Shown here in pieces: positions 40,006-52,000 of a stretch of 64,000 nt of DNA. This DNA comes from an uncultured Veillonellaceae bacterium (GTDB taxonomy: Bacteria; Bacillota; Negativicutes; JARBTT01), in contig CAWDTA010000003.1 of the NCBI GenBank assembly GCA_963805085.1, positions 128,001 through 192,000 on the forward strand, read 5' to 3'. Both the position numbers and the translations under genes were made by a program. The notes beneath the pieces were generated by a model. That model ran no database searches and was not told the DNA's origin. It saw only the letters and a list, made by a program, of their open reading frames with translations. Within the stretch, counting starts at the first letter, position 1; each line of letters starts with the position of its first letter.

Positions 40006-43000
40006 ATGAAGGATTTTCTAGAATATATTTTTTGTGAGGTAAAAAACAAGCGATTAGCAAAAACGGACGCAAAAGATCTTATACGTCAATTTCAAACTAA
40101 TAGTAAATCTTGCTTTCTTCATCCAATGCTACAGCAAAACACTTCCGATTTCTCTGAACAACGATTTAGTTCTATTTTTACGGGTGAAGAATTTTTTCTA
40201 ACCGACCATGTTGTAAAGGGGCAGCGTATCTTACCGGGAGTGGCCTATCTAGAGATGGCCAGAGCAGCAGTGGAGCAGGCGGCGGGGGTAGGAGAAGAAA
40301 GGCGTGTCGGAATTCGATTTAAAAATCTGGTTTGGACAAAGCCTATTGCCATAGGGAAGCAGCCAATGCAAATCCATATTGGAATTCACCCCGATGATAA
40401 TGGAGAAATAGCCTACGAAATATATAGTGAACCACAAAAAGAAAATACAGAGCCTATAATACACAGTCAAGGCAGTGCGGCATTATGTGCTGTTACAGAA
40501 GGTTTAACCTTGGATTTGCTTTCCTTGCGGACTCAGTGCAACCAAGGCATTTTTTCATCCAGTCAATGTTATGAAGTTTTTAGAGCGGTGGGGCTTGACT
40601 ATGGTCCTAGTCACCAGGGGATTGAACAGATATATGTAGGACAGGAACAGGTACTGGCTAAGCTGACTTTACCTGCGACTGTCTCCGATACGAAAGACCA
40701 ATTTATTCTGCATCCAAGTCTAATGGATGCGGCCTTACAAGCATCTTTAATGATAAGTGCCAGTGACGTTAAACTAGCTCTGCCATTTGCATTGCAAGAA
40801 CTTAAAATATTCGAAAAATGTACTTCCACCATGTGGGCGCTGATTCGCTACAGTGAAGGCAGTAAAGCTAAAGACAAGATGAAGAAAATTGATATTGATC
40901 TATGTGACGAGCAAGGGCGCGTTTGTGTACGGATGAAAGGTCTTTCCTCCAGAGTGTTGGAAGGAAAAGTGGATTCAGTAACAGATACAGAAGCGATTGG
41001 AACGCTGATGCTTCAACCTAGTTGGCAAGAAAAAATTGTTGATTCGGAAGCAACAATGCCAGAGTATGACCGACATCTAGTGATGTTATGTGAGTCACAT
41101 GACATTTCTCAAGAAGACATTGAAAATCAAATAAATGGAGTACGCTGTCTCACCTTACATGCAGAACAGGAAGGCATAGAATCACGATTTAACAACTATG
41201 CCGTTCAAGCCTTTGAGCAAATCAAAAATATTCTTAAAGATAAGCATATGGGCAAAGTGTTGGTTCAAATTATCGTTATCAATCAAGGAGAGCAACAACT
41301 TTTCGCTGGACTTTCAGGACTGCTGAAAACAGCCCAACTAGAAAATCCAAAACTCATAGGACAGTTAATTGAAATGGAACCAGGGAAAAAGATAGAAGAA
41401 ATCATAGAAAAACTGAAGGAGAACAGCAGGAGCCCAATTGATAATCATATTCGTTACCAGGAAAATAAACGCTGCGTTGCCAGTTGGAACAAAGTGGATG
41501 TTTCCAAAGAAGCAGTAAAGATCCCCTGGAAAGACCAGGGGGTCTATTTAATTACTGGCGGCGCTGGCGGACTGGGACTTATATTTGCCAAAGAGATTGC
41601 ACATAAAGTCAAAGATGCGACGCTAATCCTTACAGGTCGAACTTCACTTAAAAAAGACAAGCAAGCTAAACTTAAGGAATTGGAAGAGTTGGGCGCCAAA
41701 ATCGTATACAAGCAAGTAGATATGACGCAAAAAGAAGCGGTTGTTGATTTAATTGAAAGTATAAGGAAGGACTTTAAAAATCTTAATGGCATCATCCATA
41801 GTGCAGGAGTGATTAAAGACAACTTTATTCTTAAAAAGACTAAGGAAGAACTGCAAGCAGTTTTGGCTCCTAAAGTCACTGGATTGGTGAATCTGGATCA
41901 GGCGAGCCGGGAGTTAAACCTTGATTTTTTTGTTCTCTTCTCTTCAACAACAGGAGCTATGGGGAATCCAGGTCAGGTCGACTATGCAACAGCCAATGCT
42001 TTCATGGACGTCTATGCCAAATTCCGTCATGATCTGGTCAACTCAGGCCAGCGTTATGGACAAACACTATCAATTAATTGGCCGCTTTGGCAAGAAGGCA
42101 GTATGAGAGTTGACACAAAGACTGAAAAAATGATGAAGGAAAACACTGGCATGATTCCTATGAGGACTGATGTTGGTATTCAGGCACTCTATCAAGGCTT
42201 AGCTTCCGGTAAGTCCCAGGTACTGGTAGCAGAAGGTAATCTTAAACAACTTGAGGTAACTTTATTAGAAGCACAACAATTCAATAAAGAAACACCTTCT
42301 CACAGTGAAAAAAATAAAGCAGTACCAGAAATTGATCAAGATTGGTTAAAAGAGAAAGCGGAAAACTACTTTAAAAAGCTGCTTTCAACTATCATCAAGC
42401 TTCCGGCTGAGCGTATTGAGATAGATGCTCCAATGGAAAATTACGGAATAGACTCAGTCATGATCATGCAACTCATCAATCAATTAGAAAAAGTATTTGG
42501 CTCCTTGTCCAAGACGCTGTTCTTTGAATACCAAAATATCAAGGAACTAACTGGATACTTCCTTGAATCTCATCGTGATCGGTTGACAGAATTATTGGGA
42601 ATAGAGGGGAAGGAAGTGGCGAATGCAGTTTCCAGCGAGTTTATTACTGAGGTAGAGGATGAAAAGCCAGCTATCAGTAGAAGGAAACATTCTCGTTTTG
42701 CATCTATGCACATAGATGCCCAGCTGGAAAAAGAAAAAGAAGCCAAGGATATCGCTATTATTGGCTTGTCTGGACGCTACCCTGGTGCGAGAACTGTTCA
42801 AGAGTTTTGGCAAAACCTCAAAAACGGCAAGGATTGTATCACCGAGATTCCCAAAGATCGCTGGGATTACACCTTATATTTTGATGAAAATAAGGATATA
42901 CCTGGGAAAATATATAGTAAATGGGGAGGATTCTTGGAAGGAGTGGATCAGTTCGATCCTCTATTTTTCAACATTTCGCCTCGTGAGGCAGAATTTATGG

Positions 43001-46000
43001 ATCCTCAAGAACGATTGTTTCTGCAATGTGTCTATGAAACTTTAGAAGATGCTGGCTATACTAGGGAAGTCCTTGGATCGTATCGAAACTTCGGACTAGA
43101 AGGAAACGTTGGGGTATATGTGGGAGTAATGTACGAGGAGTACCAACTCTACGGTGCGCAGGAACAAAGTCAGGGACGGCCGACCGCTCTTAGCGGCAGC
43201 CCATCCTCAATTGCCAACCGTATCTCTTATTTCTGCAATTTCCATGGTCCTAGTATGGCTCTAGACACCATGTGTTCCTCCTCTTTAACTGCAATCCATT
43301 TAGCCTGTCAGAGTCTGCAAAAGGGTGGATGTGAACTGGCAATCGCTGGTGGTGTTAACGTATCCGTCCATCCAAATAAATATCTATTGCTCAGCCAAAA
43401 TAAGTTTGTATCCAGTAAAGGGCGTTGCGAAAGCTTTGGTCAAGGAGGTGACGGTTATGTGCCAGGAGAAGGCGTGGGGGCAGTACTTTTAAAGCCATTA
43501 TCAAAAGCCGTTGCCGATGGGGATCATATCTACGGCATCATTAAAGCGACTGCTATCAATCACGGTGGAAAGACCAACGGTTATACGGTTCCTAACCCCA
43601 ATGCCCAAGCAAGCGTCATTGATGCAGCGTTGAAAGAAGCTGGACTAAACCCTCGACTGATCAGCTATGTAGAAGCGCATGGCACTGGAACCTCTCTGGG
43701 AGACCCGATTGAGATAACCGGTTTGACGAAAGCTTTCCAGGAATATACGAAAGACAAGCAGTATTGTGCCATTGGATCAGCCAAATCGAACATCGGACAC
43801 TGCGAAAGCGCTGCCGGTATTGCTGCGTTAACTAAAGTATTATTACAGATCAAGCATTGTCAGCTGGTACCATCTTTGCATTCCAAGACGATAAACACAA
43901 ACATTGATTTTTCCAGCACTCCGTTTATAGTTCAGCAGGAACTCGAGGAGTGGAAACGGCCACTGATTGAGATAAACGGACAGAGCCAGGAATATCCTAG
44001 GATTGCTGGTATTTCCTCCTTTGGCGCCGGAGGTGCTAATGCTCACGTGGTGATCGAAGAGTATATTCCAGATCAAGCAAGAACCTTGATTACGGTTACT
44101 CAAGAAAAACCGGCGATGATTGTGCTGTCCGCTAAGAGCGAAGAATGTTTGAAGGAAAGATCACAGCAGTTATTGAGTGCTATTCAAACCCAACAGTTCT
44201 CTGATACTGATTTAGTTGACATTGCCTACACTCTCCAAGTTGGAAGGGAAGTTATGGATGAACGTCTGGCGATAACTGCAGTGTCCATTCGGGAACTTGA
44301 GGAGAAACTGCAAGGCTATCTAGATGGCAAGGAAAATATAGATGACTTCTATCGAGGACAGGTTAAGCGTAATAAGGAGACGTTGGCTGTATTTACAGCG
44401 GATGAAGAATTGCAGCAAGCGATTGGTAAATGGATACAACGTGGGAAGTATGCCAAACTCCTTAATTTATGGGTTAAAGGGTTGTTCTTTGATTGGAATG
44501 AGCTTTATTCTGGCACTAAGCCACAACGTATTTCTTTGCCTACGTATCCTTTTACTAAAGAACGTTATTGGGTACCTGAAATTGAGACGAAGAGAAGCTC
44601 AATTTCAGCAATAACAGCCTTCGGTCATCCACTTTTGCATCAGAACACCTCTGATCTTGCTGAACAGAGATTTACCTCAATATTTACCGGACAGGAGTTC
44701 TTCCTAGCCGATCATCTGGTGAAAGGCCACAATGTCCTGCCCGGAGTGACTCATCTGGAGATGGCTAGGGCTGCCGTACAGCAAGCGGCTGGAGACCTGC
44801 AAGAGGAAAAGATCCAGATCCAGCTTCAGAACATCGTCTGGATACGTCCCGTTATCGTAGAGGAAAAACCAGTCAAGATACACATCGGACTCTACCCTGA
44901 GGAGAGAGGCCAGATTGCTTATGAAATCTACAGTCAGCCAGATCAGGTCAACGTCGACCCAATAGTGTATAGCCAGGGTATTGCCCTGTTGAACACTGCC
45001 CAAGATGCCCCAGTTCTAGAATTAAGAGACTTACAGGCGGATTGTAACCAGAGCGTTCTCTCTGTTTCTAAGCTCTATGAGACCTTCAAGGAGATGGGAA
45101 TTGATTATGGGCCTGCTCAACAAGGAATCGAGCAGTTGTACACAGGCCAAAATCAAGTTTTGGCTAGACTTAAGCTGCCAACATCAATTACAGCCACACA
45201 GGGGCAGTTCGTACTGCACCCCAGTATGATGGACGCGGCTCTCCAGGCCTCCATCGGTTTGCTGATGGATACAACACTGCCTAACAAGCCAATTCTGCCA
45301 TTTGCATTGCAAGAACTTAAAATATTCGAAAAATGTACTTCCACCATGTGGGCGCTGATTCGTTACAGTGAAGGCAGTAAAGCTAAAGACAAGATGAAGA
45401 AAATTGATATTGATCTATGTGACGAGCAAGGGCGCGTTTGTGTACGGATGAAAGGTCTTTCCTCCAGAGTGTTGGAAGGAAAAGTGGATTCAGTAACAGA
45501 TACAGAAGCGATTGGAACGCTGATGCTTCAACCTAGTTGGCAAGAAAAAATTGTTGATTCGGAAGCAACAATGCCAGAGTATGACCGACATCTAGTGATG
45601 TTATGTGAGTCACATGACATTTCTCAAGAAGACATTGAAAATCAAATAAATGGAGTACGCTGTCTCACCTTACATGCAGAACAGGAAGGCATAGAATCAC
45701 GATTTAACAACTATGCCGTTCAAGCCTTTGAGCAAATCAAAAATATTCTTAAAGATAAGCATATGGGCAAAGTGTTGGTTCAAATTATCGTTATCAATCA
45801 AGGAGAGCAACAACTTTTCGCTGGACTTTCAGGACTGCTGAAAACAGCCCAACTAGAAAATCCAAAACTCATAGGACAGTTAATTGAAATGGAACCAGGG
45901 AAAAAGATAGAAGAAATCATAGAAAAACTGAAGGAGAACAGCAGGAGCCCAATTGATAATCATATTCGTTACCAGGAAAATAAACGCTGCGTTGCCAGTT

Positions 46001-49000
46001 GGAACAAAGTGGATGTTTCCAAAGAAGCAGTAAAGATCCCCTGGAAAGACCAGGGGGTCTATTTAATTACTGGCGGCGCTGGCGGACTGGGACTTATATT
46101 TGCCAAAGAGATTGCACATAAAGTCAAAGATGCGACGCTAATCCTTACAGGTCGAACTTCACTTAAAAAAGACAAGCAAGCTAAACTTAAGGAATTGGAA
46201 GAGTTGGGCGCCAAAATCGTATACAAGCAAGTAGATATGACGCAAAAAGAAGCGGTTGTTGATTTAATTGAAAGTATAAGGAAGGACTTTAAAAATCTTA
46301 ATGGCATCATCCATAGTGCAGGAGTGATTAAAGACAACTTTATTCTTAAAAAGACTAAGGAAGAACTGCAAGCAGTTTTGGCTCCTAAAGTCACTGGATT
46401 GGTGAATCTGGATCAGGCGAGCCGGGAGTTAAACCTTGATTTTTTTGTTCTCTTCTCTTCAACAACAGGAGCTATGGGGAATCCAGGTCAGGTCGACTAT
46501 GCAACAGCCAATGCTTTCATGGACGTCTATGCCAAATTCCGTCATGATCTGGTCAACTCAGGCCAGCGTTATGGACAAACACTATCAATTAATTGGCCGC
46601 TTTGGCAAGAAGGCAGTATGAGAGTTGACACAAAGACTGAAAAAATGATGAAGGAAAACACTGGCATGATTCCTATGAGGACTGATGTTGGTATTCAGGC
46701 ACTCTATCAAGGCTTAGCTTCCGGTAAGTCCCAGGTACTGGTAGCAGAAGGTAATCTTAAACAACTTGAGGTAACTTTATTAGAAGCACAACAATTCAAT
46801 AAAGAAACACCTTCTCACAGTGAAAAAAATAAAGCAGTACCAGAAATTGATCAAGATTGGTTAAAAGAGAAAGCGGAAAACTACTTTAAAAAGCTGCTTT
46901 CAACTATCATCAAGCTTCCGGCTGAGCGTATTGAGATAGATGCTCCAATGGAAAATTACGGAATAGACTCAGTCATGATCATGCAACTCATCAATCAATT
47001 AGAAAAAGTATTTGGCTCCTTGTCCAAGACGCTGTTCTTTGAATACCAAAATATCAAGGAACTAACTGGATACTTCCTTGAATCTCATCGTGATCGGTTG
47101 ACAGAATTATTGGGAATAGAGGGGAAGGAAGTGGCGAATGCAGTTTCCAGCGAGTTTATTACTGAGGTAGAGGATGAAAAGCCAGCTATCAGTAGAAGGA
47201 AACATTCTCGTTTTGCATCTATGCACATAGATGCCCAGCTGGAAAAAGAAAAAGAAGCCAAGGATATCGCTATTATTGGCTTGTCTGGACGCTACCCTGG
47301 TGCGAGAACTGTTCAAGAGTTTTGGCAAAACCTCAAAAACGGCAAGGATTGTATCACCGAGATTCCCAAAGATCGCTGGGATTACACCTTATATTTTGAT
47401 GAAAATAAGGATATACCTGGGAAAATATATAGTAAATGGGGAGGATTCTTGGAAGGAGTGGATCAGTTCGATCCTCTATTTTTCAACATTTCGCCTCGTG
47501 AGGCAGAATTTATGGATCCTCAAGAACGATTGTTTCTGCAATGTGTCTATGAAACTTTAGAAGATGCTGGCTATACTAGGGAAGTCCTTGGATCGTATCG
47601 AAACTTCGGACTAGAAGGAAACGTTGGGGTATATGTGGGAGTAATGTACGAGGAGTACCAACTCTACGGTGCGCAGGAACAAAGTCAGGGACGGCCGACC
47701 GCTCTTAGCGGCAGCCCATCCTCAATTGCCAACCGTATCTCTTATTTCTGCAATTTCCATGGTCCTAGTATGGCTCTAGACACCATGTGTTCCTCCTCTT
47801 TAACTGCAATCCATTTAGCCTGTCAGAGTCTGCAAAAGGGTGGATGTGAACTGGCAATCGCTGGTGGTGTTAACGTATCCGTCCATCCAAATAAATATCT
47901 ATTGCTCAGCCAAAATAAGTTTGTATCCAGTAAAGGGCGTTGCGAAAGCTTTGGTCAAGGAGGTGACGGTTATGTGCCAGGAGAAGGCGTGGGGGCAGTA
48001 CTTTTAAAGCCATTATCAAAAGCCGTTGCCGATGGGGATCATATCTACGGCATCATTAAAGCGACTGCTATCAATCACGGTGGAAAGACCAACGGTTATA
48101 CGGTTCCTAACCCCAATGCCCAAGCAAGCGTCATTGATGCAGCGTTGAAAGAAGCTGGACTAAACCCTCGACTGATCAGCTATGTAGAAGCGCATGGCAC
48201 TGGAACCTCTCTGGGAGACCCGATTGAGATAACCGGTTTGACGAAAGCTTTCCAGGAATATACGAAAGACAAGCAGTATTGTGCCATTGGATCAGCCAAA
48301 TCGAACATCGGACACTGCGAAAGCGCTGCCGGTATTGCTGCGTTAACTAAAGTATTATTACAGATCAAGCATTGTCAGCTGGTACCATCTTTGCATTCCA
48401 AGACGATAAACACAAACATTGATTTTTCCAGCACTCCGTTTATAGTTCAGCAGGAACTCGAGGAGTGGAAACGGCCACTGATTGAGATAAACGGACAGAG
48501 CCAGGAATATCCTAGGATTGCTGGTATTTCCTCCTTTGGCGCCGGAGGTGCTAATGCTCACGTGGTGATCGAAGAGTATATTCCAGATCAAGCAAGAACC
48601 TTGATTACGGTTACTCAAGAAAAACCGGCGATGATTGTGCTGTCCGCTAAGAGCGAAGAATGTTTGAAGGAAAGATCACAGCAGTTATTGAGTGCTATTC
48701 AAACCCAACAGTTCTCTGATACTGATTTAGTTGACATTGCCTACACTCTCCAAGTTGGAAGGGAAGTTATGGATGAACGTCTGGCGATAACTGCAGTGTC
48801 CATTCGGGAACTTGAGGAGAAACTGCAAGGCTATCTAGATGGCAAGGAAAATATAGATGACTTCTATCGAGGACAGGTTAAGCGTAATAAGGAGACGTTG
48901 GCTGTATTTACAGCGGATGAAGAATTGCAGCAAGCGATTGGTAAATGGATACAACGTGGGAAGTATGCCAAACTCCTTAATTTATGGGTTAAAGGGTTGT

Positions 49001-52000
49001 CCTTTGATTGGAATGAGCTTTATTCTGGCACTAAGCCACAACGTATTTCTTTGCCTACGTATCCTTTTACTAAAGAACGTTATTGGGTACCTGAAATAAA
49101 AGATGCTAGTAATAGAAATTTAGCCCAAATTGAAAGCAGCCATTCTGAAAAAACTGAAAAATTTATACTTACCAAAGAATGGTGTGAAAAAAACATAGAT
49201 GCTAAAGAGGATGTACATGCAGGATTAATAGTTGTTTTGGGAACATCGGCAACGACAGACCTTGCTCAGGTATTGTTTGAAGCTACAGAAACAACACAAG
49301 TGGTTTCTGTTATTCATGGTGAAACCCATTCGCCTGAAGAAATATCTACCGATTTTTATTCCTCCTCAGCAGGTGAATCACTATATCAACAGATTAAGGA
49401 CATACAAAATGGTAATAAATTACTCGGGGTCATCGATATCACAGCTTATGATGGTGCATACGAACAGTCTACAACTGTAGAATCTGGGAAAATAACTTTC
49501 TTGCAAAAAATGATTGAGAATGATAGGAGTGAGGGCTACCGACTTTTACAGGTGACGCATAAGCTACATGCCTTCCAATTAGCAAAAACAACACTGCAAG
49601 GAGCTCGCATGGCAGGTTTGTATCGTATGTTAGGCGCTGAGTATAAGCAAATTCAGACCATAACCATGGATAGTGATTGTTTAATTCAAGATCATGAAAC
49701 ACTGGTAAAACAAATTCAAGCCGAGTTTTTGTATACAGATAAAGAGAATTTTACCGAATTTTGTTATCGGAACAATCAACGTTATCAACCATACTTGAAT
49801 CTAGCACAGACGAATGACGAGATTCAAGAGAAGCTTCAAATGCCAGCGAGCTACGGTGAGAATGACGTTATTTTAATTACTGGCGGAGCGCAGGGGATTG
49901 GTGCCTCAATTGCGAAGCATCTTGTTTCTCATGGAGCTAAAAATCTTGTTATCATGGGAAGAGAAGCTCTGCCAGAACCCTCTGAATGGAGCAACATTCT
50001 CATCAATAAAGAAAAAACTGGGATGGAAGAAAAAATCAAACGCTTACAATTCCTAATTGATCGCGGAGCAAAAGTTCGTTATTACAGTATTCCCTTAACC
50101 GATGAGAAGGGAATCAAAGCTATAGCGCAAAATATTCGCCATGATCTTGGACCTATCACCGGAGTGTTCCACTGTGCCGGATTAGTAAGTAAGAACCCGG
50201 CCTTCTTTAAAAAGCAATTACAAGATTTCGTAGCAGTCTGTGAGCCGAAGATGAAAGGGTTGGTAGCCCTGCATAGGGCACTTGTCGAAGAACCCTTGAA
50301 ATTTTTTATTTTGTTTTCATCGATATCAAGTATCGTGCCAACGTTAGCAACTGGGCAAAGTGATTATGCCGCGGCCAATGCTTACATGGATTATTATGCG
50401 CTGAATCAAGCTGGAGAGGGAAAGCATTATTTTAAATCCATTCAATGGCCGGCTTGGGGTGAAACAGGAATGGCAACGAGAGGAATGCGTACCCCCGCTT
50501 ATGTAGAGACAGGTCTCGTATCCCTGACTACAAATGATGGATTGGCGTTCTTGGAGATCATCATGAAGACTACGCCGTATATTGTTAGCCTGCCTTGCGT
50601 GGTGGTTCCGAGTGAGTTTACATCTAAATACTTATTGAAAAGCCTACAGGGTGAAAAAGAATCCAGACAGGCATCAAGACGAAAAATCGAGATGATGCCG
50701 GAAGCATCGGTGGATTTACGAATGTTGATTATACAGTGGTTAAAACAAGTTTTTAGTACAGAATTAAAATTAAAACTTGCGCAATTGGATAATGATAAAC
50801 CATTTTATGAATATGGGGTTGAATCTATTATGTTGGTGCAATTGACGCAAATATTGAGTGAAGGAGTTGGACAAACGCTGGATCCTGCATTGCTCTTGCA
50901 ACATAGTACGATAAGCGCACTGGCGGATTATTTCATGGCCAATAATGCGGAAAACTTACAAAAAACTTTTAAACTTGAAACAATTATGGCTACTGAATTT
51001 TCTCCTACAGATGGTAGTTGTTCAATAAACAATACGTTATCCCCATCACTAAACGCAGCATCTCAGTCTAGCAGTAAATCTATATCTATAAGGCAACCGA
51101 TAGGTACTAACCAGCTGGAAAAATTGGTAGAAGACATTGCTGTAGTGGGGCTATCGTGTCGGTTTCCAGATTCACCGACCAAAGAGAAATATTGGGATTT
51201 ATTGACAAAAGGAGTGACTGCAATCCGGTCGGTACCAAAACAGCGTTGGATTCCTAGAGAGAATCGTCAGGATTATGGCGGATGGATAGAGGATGTTGAG
51301 CTGTTTGATCCAAATTTCTTTAATATCAATGAGCAAGATGCAGCAATTATGGATCCGCAAGCACGAATAATTCTGGAAGAAAGCCTTCGGGCAATTTATG
51401 ATGCAGGCTATGAACACAAACAATTGTCGGGGCAAAAGATCGGAGTTTATATTGGCGGGCGTTCACAGCCCAATATGAATTTAAATGCCGTTTTAAAGGC
51501 CCCCAACCCTATTTTAGGAATGGGGCAAAACTATTTGGCAACAAATATTTCTCGATGTTTTAATTTTAAGGGGCCAAGCCTCGTAGTTGATACTGCTTGC
51601 TCATCAGGAATAACTGGCATGATGTTTGCTTGCGATTCCCTGAGAGAAGGAAGGATTGATATGGGATTGGTTGGTGCGGTAAATGTATTGGTGAGTCCTT
51701 ATGCCCACGACCTATTTGCTGCTCGCAATATTTTAAGTAAGAGCGGTGAATTTCATATCTTCGACCAGCGATCTGATGGAGAAGTGCTGGGTGAAGGCGC
51801 CGGAGTTGTATTACTAAAACGGCTTCGCGACGCCGTCAAAGACGGGAATCATATATACGGTGTTATCAAGGCTATTGCAGAAAACAATGACGGGCAAACG
51901 CTTGGCCCTGGATCACCAAATATGAATGCTCAGAAACAAGTAATGCAAGATGCACTGACCTTAAGCGGAAAACAACCGACCGATATCGGGTACATTGAGA

